A DNA stretch of 63,952 nt, counting the filler, from Thelocarpon superellum (lineage: Eukaryota): the NCBI GenBank assembly GCA_026025795.1. It is 3 parts of 3 records of this genome, joined end to end, with 100 filler letters (N's around TTAATTAATTAA, not from the genome) between each part and the next. Parts side by side here need not be neighbours in the genome. Positions count along the whole stretch, not along the records: positions 1 to 24,199 come from JAPEUG010000275.1; 2 more parts are not named here. One strand, 5' to 3'. Of the stretch, positions 1 to 10,382 are shown one piece after another. The first letter of the stretch is position 1; each line of letters starts with the position of its first letter. Under the pieces are notes generated by a model. It was not told where the DNA came from and made no database searches. It saw nothing but the letters and a program-made list of their open reading frames with translations. The translations under genes and the position numbers were made by a program.

Positions 1-591
1 TGCTTGTAGCCGAACTCTTGGCGGAGCACCTCCTCCTTCTGCAGCAGCGGTGGGTGTTCGAGGAGGCTCAGGACTTGGCGAAAGAATGTGATGGGTTTCT
101 GGTCTAATTGCTGAGGATTGCCGATGTTGGCCGAGATGACCGTGTCGAACGGAAGGGCGTCGTCAGGGGGGGTCGGCGGATGTCGAGCGAGTTTGGCGCG
201 GTACTCCTCGGCCCGGACGGCGAGTTCACCACGGACGGCGTATTGCGCATCCTTGACGTGCGGGTTGATGTTGTTGATGTCAAGACTTCGCAGGCGGGCG
301 CTGGACGACATGCTGCGTCGGATGGGCACGAAGGAATGGATGGAACGTGGTGACGGAGCTTTCGGGAGGTGTCAGCACCTGGTCCAAGTAGTCACGGTCT
401 CCCAGCACGGGACATGAAGACTCACTCGTCAACAGAATCAATACCTTCGAACCCAGAGGTGTGTAGGAATGTGCCAGAAACAGCGTGGCGGCGGATGCGC
501 TAGGAGGTCGAGTTGGACGGTTGATGCGAGCGTCTCTCCGAAGCCCACGGAGGGCTAATCTTGCTAATCCGCACGCCGGGTGCGTAGCCAT
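1..591 (-). CDS. ALT1: Alanine aminotransferase (PLP-dependent), 5' part; runs off the window start
   Basis: Minus-strand translation NINPHVKDAQYAVRGELAVRAEEYR...PFDTVISANIGNPQQLDQKPITFFRQVLSLLE is the conserved ALT N-terminus. Exon 1 is 591-426, the intron is 425-359 (GTGAGT...GCTGAC...AAG), and splicing keeps the frame to a second ATG at 311. Confidence 0.93.
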
Positions 592-1268
592 GGGGGTCTC
601 CGGGGTCTGCCCACGCTCTGTCAGCGCGGCTCAAGGCCATTGACCATTCACACTGACCGGGGTCGCGCGTCCAGATCATACGGAAGATGATCACCACCGC
701 TGCTCTCCTCGACCGGGGAGGGGAAGATGACGAGCTTACGCTCTCGTACGACCGCCTGCGTTCGCCGCCCCAGTCCCTCTTCATGCAACTGGCACGATAG
801 CGATTAGACTCCGGCCGTCGGTAAGGGTCTACGGCGGGCGATGGGCCAAGCTGCACTTCTCGCGAGCTCCATTACTGAGTCGCCCTATGCCCCAACCACC
901 AGCACGAGTACTTACACCAGATCTAGTCGACAGTACCACAGAGGAAGTACTACTTCATCATTATATCATGAGCCGATAGCCTGCCGATTTTCTGGCCGAG
1001 ATGTGTGTGATCTAGAAGTCGGCGTGGGATCTATTCGGGTAAATGCTCGCGCGAAGAACTCTACCACGTCGTGGAAGCGATAAACCGAGATAAATGTAGA
1101 ATGTACTGTTGTACCATCTGGGAGCAAGATGCTCATTACAAGAAGGAGGAAATTGCAACATGAGCACAGTGGAAATGATTCGAGGCAGCCAGCAGGATCT
1201 CCGGGATACACGGCCCCATTCCTCCCATTGCCCTGACCGACCCAGCTCACATGTAGGGCAGTGGAATC

Positions 1269-2033
1269 CTACTTTAGGTTGGAAGAAACCCAAGTCCGGT
1301 ACTGTCCAAGGTTAATCAAGACATCCGGAACGTTGAATCTACTGCAGCTGACGTGGCTGATGAGGGCAACCAGCCCACCCGAGTCAACGGTGACCGGCCC
1401 GCCCTCGTCTCCTTGGCAGGCCCCTTCGCCACGGTCAGGAGCCTCATCGAACAGGGAGTCGTAACTATCAAAGTATCCGTCGAGCTGTGCAACGGCCGTA
1501 TCGCGGTCGATGATGGGTATCTCGACCTGGAAAAGTTCCTTCGGCAAGGTCTTATCATCTTCATGCTGCTTGCCAAGTTCCAGGAGCGTCACGTTGCTAC
1601 CCATGTACGGCATGTCCTCCGACGTTGGGAAAGATGTCGGCGAGAAGTTGTCGCTCACGACAGCGGCATCGTTGGAAAGTTTCAAGATGGCGATGTTGTG
1701 CTCTCCCGTGTTGGAGTCGGAGCTTGGACGGACGGTAATCTTGGTGGCGGAAAATGTCCGCGGGTCCGCTGTGCGGTCGATCGATCCTCCTCCCCCTCTG
1801 ACTTTCAACTAGCGTGCCGACGAAACCTCCACGTACGCCGCCGTGGTCAGAACATTCGCGTCGCTCAAGAGGACGCCGCCACATTTGTACGAATCGCTGA
1901 ATCATCCCGCGGAGTAGAGGCCGACAAAACAGGGGTAGGCCGTGGCATCGTCGACTGGGACCCCACTGACGATGGCGCGTACGGGAAGAAGGGCAAAAGC
2001 CAGCATGGCCAAGGTCGGTAGTAGAGGAACCAT
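1269..2033 (-). pseudogene. Secreted trypsin-like (S1) serine protease homolog with two in-frame stops and a degenerate catalytic triad
   Basis: Single 255-codon frame: signal peptide MVPLLPTLAMLAFALLPVRA, then IVSG, CGGVLL..VLTTAAYV, HNIAILKL, ACQGDEGGP. TGA at 1904-1902 and TAG at 1811-1809 interrupt the frame. Confidence 0.8.
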
Positions 2034-2698
2034 GGCGTGGCAGAAGCGTTCACAGATTCGATGAGCTTGCGAGTGGCTGCTTGAGCGGCCGAACGGTATG
2101 GACCGGCCGAAGATGACATGGCTGGCAAGCTGTAGACACAAGAGAGAACCCTCTCCCCTTGGGACATGATCATGTTCAGACCATGGGAAGTTCGGGATTT
2201 TGCCGTTCAAGATGCTATCTTTCGACGCCCGGCCGCATCCCTTGCTTCGTTCCTCTCGCCTGGCGACCCTGATCATCGCGTCCGAGAGGAGACATGGAGA
2301 CGAAAGCGACGATTTGTTGTTCTTGACGTGTCGGCTTGGAAATATTCAAAGAGACTCAGCACGAACGAGATGTGGTAATAAATGTAGAAGAGGGCAAGCA
2401 AAGCTATCATGTCCTTCTTGGGGCGGCGCTGCCCGACTGGCTTCTCCGATATACCAGGCTCGCTTGCATCTCGGGCGCTCCCGGCGGACCCAAGGTGCCG
2501 GCAGCCAATCCGAGCCAATCAAAGCGCGAATTCACTCTCGTGGCAGAAGCGGGCCGTATGGATCAACGCCGGCGGGACAGTGCAATACTTAGCGCTGGTT
2601 GCTTCGTACAACATCGAGAGCTCGGTGACATAACATCGGCCTTAGAGCATTGCTGTTGCTAATCTCAATTGTCTCCCGCCACGCGTGAGACATGAACA

Positions 2699-4119
2699 AT
2701 GGTTACGATTACGAGGAACCACGTATCGCTCCCCCTGTCTCAAGTCTTCGGCGTGGTGTCGGGCTACTTCTTTGCTCGTAGGTCCAGCCACAGGACCCCT
2801 CCTCTCATCGGGATCGTGCTGACGGGCGATTCACTAGTCATATCGGGCGTGGGTGCACTGATCGCCGCCCCCTTTCGCCAAGACAATGGTGCCCCGACCG
2901 TCTTACGGCACGTGAGCTATCAAGCCATTCGGAAGCTGGTGCAACAGTTGTCCATCACGCAGCTCCAGTATGGCCTCCAGGTCTTCGTGGACGAAGCTCT
3001 CTGCTGATTCACGACGTCTACAGATGGCTTCTGCCCGGGACGGATGATGTCTATGCACAATTTGCCAGGAACAAGGGGTTCCGACCCTCCACCACCGTGA
3101 CCGAAGCAGGTGTGAGGGGACATTGGCTTGGTTCCCAGGATGCGAAGAACATCATCGTCTACTTCCACGGTACCTATGCCTTCCGCCCAAAAGCGCCTGG
3201 GTGTGATCACCTCTAAGCTGACGGTGTGGCAGGCGGCGGCTATGCGATAGCCCTAGATGAGAACTGTCTCTCATGGCTCTGGAAGCTCTTCATGTCGCTG
3301 AAGAAAGCGGGATCGGACGTGGCTATTGTCATCTTAGCGTACGGTGCGTCGGAGCACCGCGGCGTGGATCCAAGGGCCAAGATACTGATCCTTTGTGGCC
3401 GTAGATATCACGCCTCATGCGCGGTACCCCACTCAGCTCGAGCAAGCTGTGGGCCTGCTCAAGTACGTCCTGCAAGACCTACAGAAGAAGCCGTCCGAGG
3501 TAGGACACTGCGGGTCTTGGCGTCTTGATCTGGCTCTGATCACTTCAGACCTTTCTCGCTGGAGACTCCGCCGGGGGAAATCTGACGCTCGCGGTCCTGT
3601 CGCACCTCGTGCATCCGCACCCGCAGATTCCGCCCTTGTCGCCCCCTGGACCCTTTGCCGGCGCGGTGTTGTTGTGCCCCTGGACAAACTTCAATTGCAT
3701 GGCCAACGCGTACTACCGCAACATGTATAAAGACTGCATCGGCATCGATCACATAACGAAGTGGGGTCGCGCGTTTCTGGGTGATGCCAAAGCGGACGCC
3801 TATAACCAACCCATGACCGCACCGGCGGGCTGGTTCAAGGGTCTACCGGTTGAGAAGATGCTTGTGGTCGGTGGTGGGGACGAAGTGATGATTGATGATA
3901 TCAAAGCCACAATGAAGAGGATCGAGGCACGTCTTCTCTGATGCACCTCCGCATGCCTTCCTGCTAACGTCGTGATGTCAGGCTGTTTACAGCGGTGTCG
4001 AGCTGGTCGTGGCCCCCGAAGAGGCTCACAATCAACCGATCATGAATCAAATGCTTGGGTATCGGGAGCCAAGCGAGCAAGAGAAGGCCATTCAGTCGTG
4101 GTTTTTGCAGCGTCTTTGA
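2699..4119 (+). CDS. Alpha/beta hydrolase (hormone-sensitive lipase / Say1-like steryl acetyl hydrolase family), multi-exon
   Basis: Spliced motifs IIVYFHG/GGYA, GDSAGGNL (nucleophile), LLCPW, GGDEVMIDD and EEAHNQP. Six short introns, the last GC-AG (3927-3981). Stop TGA at 4117-4119. Confidence 0.85.
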
Positions 4120-4241
4120 GCCTGCTTCGAGTGTGATGCCCGGCAGTCGTGAGACGAGAGGTGTTGGAGGGAACGTAGGACTTGGGGAACGTAGGACGTG
4201 AGGGACGAGCCTTTGGGTTAAAGTCCGTGATCAATGTCCCA

Positions 4242-5126
4242 CTATCGATTCGATCTGGTAGACCTCCGCAGCGTCCCGTCTGCCGTCTTTGGCTTCTTGC
4301 GCTCTGACTCTGCAGAGGCAAGCGACTTCTTGACTGGGCGCTGCGCCGGAGCTGGGCTTGCCCTCTTGCCCAGCGAGGAGATAGAAGGCTCGGCCTCTTT
4401 GCCAACGACGAAGCCTACTCGCTCCACATCTTGGGCCGACACATCTCGGCCTGCTTCCCCCGCTAGCCTCGTGCGGAGCGCTTGGACTTGCGTCAGGTAG
4501 TCAGCATATTCCCGGGCATCATACTTGATCTTACGGTCCCAGCCCCTGCCCCGACCCGGCTCGTCGTACATGACCCAGCGAAAGCATTCGTCGGAGAAGA
4601 AGGGGATGGTCGTGGGGTCGAAGATGGACAGGAGAAGGGAGGCCGTCGCAGGACCCACGCCTTTGAGTGAGCTCAGCGTCTTGAGCGCTTCGGCCGGATC
4701 CGCGACCGAAGCGAAGCGCGCGAAGGCGTTTCTGGTGGTATCCTTGACCGTCGTCGGCGCGTTGGACTCGGCGAGCTGCAACAAGCGCGGACGAAACTTG
4801 CCATGTTTCCTACGGGGCCATCGCGTCAGAGGCGAACGCCAGGCACGCATGCCTCGATACACGCACAGCTTCCACTTGACCAGCGTCTCCACCTCGCTCT
4901 TCTCCAGCCAGGTAGATCCATTGCCCTTTTCCCTCTTCCGAACGACGTCTGGGAGGACCTTCAGCCGCCAGGCGTCTAGTTGTGCGAGAGTCTCCAATGC
5001 GCCCTCCTTAGCATGACCCGTGGACCGCGAAGGCGCGGAGAGCGTCTCGATGAGAGCCTCGTAGCGCGCGAGGACCCGGTCAAATTCCTCGGGAGAAATC
5101 CTAGCGCTCGTCAAGTCGGCCGTCAT
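4242..5126 (-). CDS. Conserved uncharacterised protein with a helix-hairpin-helix motif (HhH-GPD/DNA glycosylase-like fold)
   Basis: LVKWKL-KHGKFRPRL, ALKTLSSLKGVGPATASLLLS, PFFSDE, and a basic C-terminal tail. Probable 57-nt intron at 4866-4810. ATG at 5126. Confidence 0.75.
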   Translation of the reverse strand: MTADLTSARISPEEFDRVLARYEALIETLSAPSRSTGHAKEGALETLAQLDAWRLKVLPDVVRKREKGNGSTWLEKSEVETLVKWKLCVYRGMRAWRSPLTRWPRRKHGKFRPRLLQLAESNAPTTVKDTTRNAFARFASVADPAEALKTLSSLKGVGPATASLLLSIFDPTTIPFFSDECFRWVMYDEPGRGRGWDRKIKYDAREYADYLTQVQALRTRLAGEAGRDVSAQDVERVGFVVGKEAEPSISSLGKRASPAPAQRPVKKSLASAESERKKPKTADGTLRRSTRSNR

Positions 5127-5958
5127 GGTGGAGATCACGTAAGGCGACTTCAAAGCCGCAGGAGATCACATGTGACGCGCGTCATGGGCTTGAAAGCTTT
5201 GTGCAGATCTGGTGGATTTGAAATGGTCGACTCGGTGATCTGGGTACAGGTGTAGCACGAGGGCCAGGAAGGATTCTCTATGGATCCTTTGCCAATGCGG
5301 CAGCTGCTATTGCGCTACCTCACCCAGCTGGCCGGCATGGATTGCCCGCTCAGAAAAGGCGGCACTCCTCTCCGGTGGCTCGGCACTTAACCGAGATCTG
5401 ATAAGATGATGCCCATCCATGTCGAAGTTTGGTGGCATCCCACCGTCAAAACCCACGGATGACGGCGGGCCAGGTAACATGGCTCGTCTGATCGCCTTGC
5501 TTGCTGGTTAGTATCACCGAGGAAGAAACACGTCAGCGTGGGGGGTTCAAACGAGACAGGTGTGGAGCACTGCGAGGTTCTTCCTACCAGCATGTCCCGA
5601 TAAGGGTGAGCACGACCCTTGAACCTTCAGCTCCTACGCACCTCCCACACCTACAGCCTGACGCACAAGCTGCCTGCGAAAAAGGGAATATTCTCTCATG
5701 CCACCACGTGTATGCAGCGATTCATCAAACATGTGCTTGCGTGCTCCCGCCTCTTCTACCCTCATATGAACTGAGTATTACTGGACAACATGGTACTTGA
5801 CATGCCATGGAACTCTCGTGGCTTCACATGATGGTCCGTAACAGGATCATTTAGCTAGAGAGATGGGCAAGCCCGGGCCGTGTTCAACTGCTCGGGCCTT
5901 TGCTGTGTCTTGACCTTCTCGCAGACCGTCGCCGTCATCGTCGCGACGTCTTGCGATA

Positions 5959-6776
5959 ATGCTCCTGTCACACGTACTGCTGCTGCTGGTCGGCATGTAT
6001 GCGTGGACCAGCTTGGGCCAGCAAAGCGATCACGAAAGCGGATATGAGAGTGACACGGACAGCGACCATGAGACCATGCCGCAAGGCGAAGGCGCGGATT
6101 CAATCGTACGGCCCATCTAACCATCCGTCCATCCCCCGATTCACCCCACCCCCTTACCCTAGCCAGAGACTAACAGAGACGCCAGGGCAACCTCTTCTGC
6201 ACAAAGGACTACGGGATGATGCACAGCATCCCATATCCGTCCAGTATGATGGACAGCGTCAACTCCATGGACCTGCGCACCGTTTGTCTAGCCGTGCCCT
6301 GCCGATGCCACTACATCCCCATAATCGGAGGCTCCGTACGGTGCTACACCAATGCCACCTTGCGCCCGAGCACACAACCGCCCGAGCGCGAAACGGACGA
6401 GTGGAAGCTCGAGCACATTGCACTGCTGTGCCAGCAAAACTGCTACTGCTGGCGGCCGGGACTTCCGCGGCAGGAGACCACGGCACGCTACGATCCGGGC
6501 ATCGACGACTTCGGGTTCCGCCGTGTTAATGACCGGCTGGAATATACGGGTCAGAATGCCGCAGGAGGCGGGGCGAGCTCGTCTGCATCGCAGATGTGCC
6601 TGTCGCGCCGGCGTCGCTGCAATCCGAGGACGCACCGCTGTCCCCCGCTTCGTCTTCGTCGCCCCGTCCATCATCGGCCTGGGCAGTCGGGCCCGCCGCA
6701 GCCTGGTCTTCCCTTTTGTTCACGCGTCGGCGCCGTTGCGTCTGGATCGGGAGCCGGATCCGGTCTCGGGGGGTAG
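5959..6776 (+). CDS. Small secreted cysteine-rich protein (~245 aa, 12 Cys), unknown function
   Basis: Exon 1 (5959-6105) encodes signal peptide MLLSHVLLLLVGMYAWTSLG plus an acidic linker. The intron 6106-6185 (GTACGG...CTAAC...CAG) joins in frame to ORF 6216-6776 (GNLFCTKDYG...LCQQNCYC...). Confidence 0.7.
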
Positions 6777-7508
6777 GTGGGTGGGTGGGTAGTTCACTGC
6801 AAGGGACCTGGAGTATGTGGTACGATTTGACTGTGCGTTACCTCTTGAGTACGACGGGGTTGCATTGGTTTGAACGGCGTGCAACATCATACATTGGGAG
6901 GGAAATCAAGGCTCGTTCCATAGCCAGATGGCTTGGACTGCATTCGTCATGGGTGCCTGTTCAACCTGCAGCACGACCGTCACGCGTAGGTCGAGCTCGC
7001 CGCCGCATTTCCGGCATACGGCGCCGTTGTTGCCATTGTGTTCTTCTCCTTGGTCATCGCGCTGGGGGGTGTTCGGTTTCATGACGGCGGGCTTGTCGGT
7101 AAGGATTGATGGCTGTTGGGAGGTTCTTGGCTCCACATATCTCCAATCGAGTCCGCCAAGTTGATTGAGAGCCTCTCCCGAGCGTGTATGGACCGGATCA
7201 GGCCCTTCGTCTCGCTAGGTGCCATTTCCATCAGGTGCAATGAGGCGGCGCACCATGTCATTATATTCTCGGTTGCTCTCCAGGTGAGATGGTTCTCGGT
7301 GTATCCGCCTCGCGCGTGCCATCGACTTCCGATCCTCCGTTTTAGGGTGGAACCGGCTGCCGGGGGACAGTGGATTCGGCTCGTCTTGGTTTTGCTGCTC
7401 GTGGGAATCGGAGTTCATCTCGGCGCCTGGCTGAATGCTTTCGGGGACTGCGGTCCATCGGGCAGTAGTGGCGGAGTCGTTGAACCCGTCTGCAAAGGGG
7501 ACGTTTGC

Positions 7509-8663
7509 TTATGGGTTTTCGTTCGGGGGCGGCTGCACGTAGGAATATTCGACACCCTTGTTCGTTACCATCGTCACCCGGCCGGGTCGCACTAGTTCTG
7601 CTTCGACCTTTTCGGCCCAGGAAAAAGTACCGCACATGCTCTGGGCAACCTCACGATTCTTCGCCAGCCCAAAATCGATCACCTTGACATGAATTGGATT
7701 GGGGCACTGCACCACGACGTTTTTCCGGCTTCAGATCTCGATGCATCAGACCGCGTCCGTGGAGATAGCCAATGGCTTGGCAGGTCTGCCAGAGCACCCA
7801 CAGGACACGACCGATTGGCATCGCAGCGTACCTGGAGAAGTTCCTGCTGGGGAGATGCTACATCATCATGCACATTGAAGTGTCTGTCTGTATCGCCGTG
7901 ACGAACTTGACGATGTGGGTCTATCCCTCCCACTAGCTTCGTGCAAGGTCTTGAGAGTGAGCTCACACGGTGCCACGTACACGCTGAAGCGACTTGGTAG
8001 TGGCCAAGCTGCGTCACCAAAACATACACTGCCTAGGTAATCTATGACAAGGAAGTCGACGATGCGGGCGCGCTTCACGACGGGTGAAGCGTAGTAGCTG
8101 TTTACTATCCCTCCAGATGCTGAGAGTAGAGAGGTCACGTAGCGCTTCTGGTTCTCCAGAAAGGCGGCCTGATAGTCACCGTGTACTGGGTACCTGACGA
8201 TGGAAACATGCCCCTGGCAAGAGATGATGAACGTGTCTTCCAGAACAGTGGACGAGTTCCGTTCGGCTAGGATAGCGCTGCCAGCGATAGTCCCATGGCT
8301 AGACTTATTCCACAGGAGCAGGATGCCGGTGTTAGGGTTGAAATTGATGGCGAGGTAGCGGTCGCTTGCGGCGCTGCCGGGTACCATACCTCCACCAGCA
8401 TCTCCAGCATGGGATTAGCCAGGCTGAAGGGGAGGCAGGAGGATGTCGCACACGCCCGGGTTGTTTCCGAAAGTGAGCCCCCTGTTCTTGTCGACGAGTG
8501 TTTGGTCGAGGCCAAGGCGAAAGACAGTGTGAAGCTGTCCTGGCAGGTCGAATCTTCTTCCGGTATGAATATCATTGTGAGGGAGCCCAACTGCATCGAT
8601 AGCAGCAACGTTGATGATGATCAGATGGAGAGCGGAGTTGGCTAATGGTGCGGTTGGATCCAT
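7509..8663 (-). pseudogene. Degenerate Ser/Thr protein kinase with an FHA-like N-terminal region
   Basis: LTFGNNPGVCDILL (FHA-like start), HIVKF, YLHGRGLMHRDLKPE, VKVIDFGLAK, SMCGT. In-frame TAA at 8417-8415 and TAG at 7860-7858, a +1 frameshift in the T-run 7720-7724, and no recognisable APE motif or C-lobe. Confidence 0.8.
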
Positions 8664-9382
8664 CTTTGCTCGAAGTGAAGCGAGGGAGACGAGGAGAACA
8701 CGAAAGCCGAAAGGACGAGGAGAAGGTCAAAGGGATGATGAGAAGTTGAGGAAACCATGAGGACTGGAGGGTAAGAGATAGATCAAGCAAAGATCTTATC
8801 CACCAGCTCTTCGAGGCGGTTTACATGTGCTTCGGCAGGCGGAGGGGCGGTCGAAACGATTGACAGACACCATTGCCACCACCATAACGCACGGCGCTAT
8901 AGTAGAAGGGAGCGATGGCCGGTCCTTAGATGCTGGTTTAGCAAGGTAGCCAGAATTGGGCATCACGCTTCATTGGTGGTCGTGTCGTGTCCGCTGTTGC
9001 AAACAGCGCCTCGCGAGAGCGCCTCCAAAGAAAAGTCTCCTATGGCGGCTGCCCAAACCAGATGGATGGCCTTACGGCCCTCCGTCGTATCAGGAGTAAG
9101 GCGTAGGATTGACTCGGTGTGTGTGCGAGGCTGTACTTAGCATCCAAGCTCTCTTGACCTACATCGCGTGACGACAAGTTGCACAGGAGGGCGCAGTACC
9201 TTGGCGAAACAACGTCAGGTACATTGGTAGGACTATTGGAGGCCACCAGCGGGACAGGCACTGCTGCAGGAGCGGGGCACGGAAGCGGCGGGAGGGGAGC
9301 GTGGGACGAGAAATTAGGATGGGTTCGATGTCGTCAAAGCTTGGAGGGAAGAATTGAGGATAAGCTCTCAGTGTAGGAGCGC

Positions 9383-9403
9383 GCACGTGATCTGGTCACG
9401 TGC
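9383..9403. promoter_or_regulatory. Paired palindromic CACGTG E-boxes upstream of GIT1 (candidate Pho4/NUC-1/PalcA-type sites)
   Basis: GCACGTGA-tctgg-TCACGTGC is a perfect inverted repeat. Extra CACGTT sites occur at 9791 and 10019. Confidence 0.4.
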
Positions 9404-10382
9404 CCAACCCCATTACTATCCCAGACTACGCGTTGATTAGCAATTCAGCCCTGATTCCTACATCAGTAAGTTGGTAAGGCTTCGTCGGTTACAGCGGACT
9501 GTTCCGACAACGCACGGAAACGCAGCGCTAATAATAACATACTTGTTCGACTACCAGGAGTGAGGGACGGCTGGGAACTTCAAAATTCACTCATTCTGCT
9601 CGAGCGCTTGGGATGCGCGTCGATTTTGGCCCTTGAAGCACTGTTGGCTGTGCTCGTTTCGCTGGAAATAGCTGCAGAGATGTCACGGATCAACCGAGGT
9701 CCCACTATTGATGGAACACAACAAGTGCGAGAAGGAGCCTCCTTGGTTCTAATGGATGTTGGAGGATTTCTAGTACGATGAGTTGGTAGTCACGTTACTC
9801 TTTCGATCATCCCGGATGCTCGCTACTCCGCACCCAAGGACTGCGAACAATCACTATCCACCTTCCTAAATGTCGCTCGATTACTTCGGGTCTCACCAAC
9901 ATCGTTGCAGTACCTCTGTGCTCGTACAACGATGCCTGCGACACTTGACCCAGTCACAGCAGGAGGGCGAGTGGCAAATCAACATCGGCTCAAGCACTCG
10001 GGCCCCACCGTCACCGTCCACGTTTATCCCATGCTACCCGTGGTTGGCGGAGCCTGGCGAACGGAGCGTACACCTGCCCCATCCTCGGCAGACCGTTGAG
10101 CACCCTCGCACCCTGGTTCCCTCCGGCTCCCTCGCCATGTGATGAATTTCCGCTCGTGGTCTAGACCAGCCCTGTTTCGATCGACAATCGTCCTAGCTCG
10201 TCCGGATGTATTCTCCTCAGAGGTCGCGGTACTGTGGGGCATGGAGGATTTGTGCGACCCCACGCCTTTAAGTAGAGAGCATGGACCACGCTCGTTCGCC
10301 CTTTGACTTTCGTCCCCTTTGTCATGTTGTCATCGTGAGGATTCCAGCGCGCTCCTGCTCGTAATTCCTGCCGGTCCTCAAC

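Noticed and set aside
5603..5690. Segments resembling a TPP riboswitch (GGTGAG..ACCCTTGAACCT...GCCTGCGAAAAGGGA)
   Set aside because: The invariant CUGAGA and GAUC/P5 elements are missing, and no thiamine-related gene is adjacent.
1269..8663. RIP as the cause of the pseudogenes
   Set aside because: No AT-rich, TpA-enriched tract is visible, and the lesions include indels and a probable GAG-to-TAG transversion.
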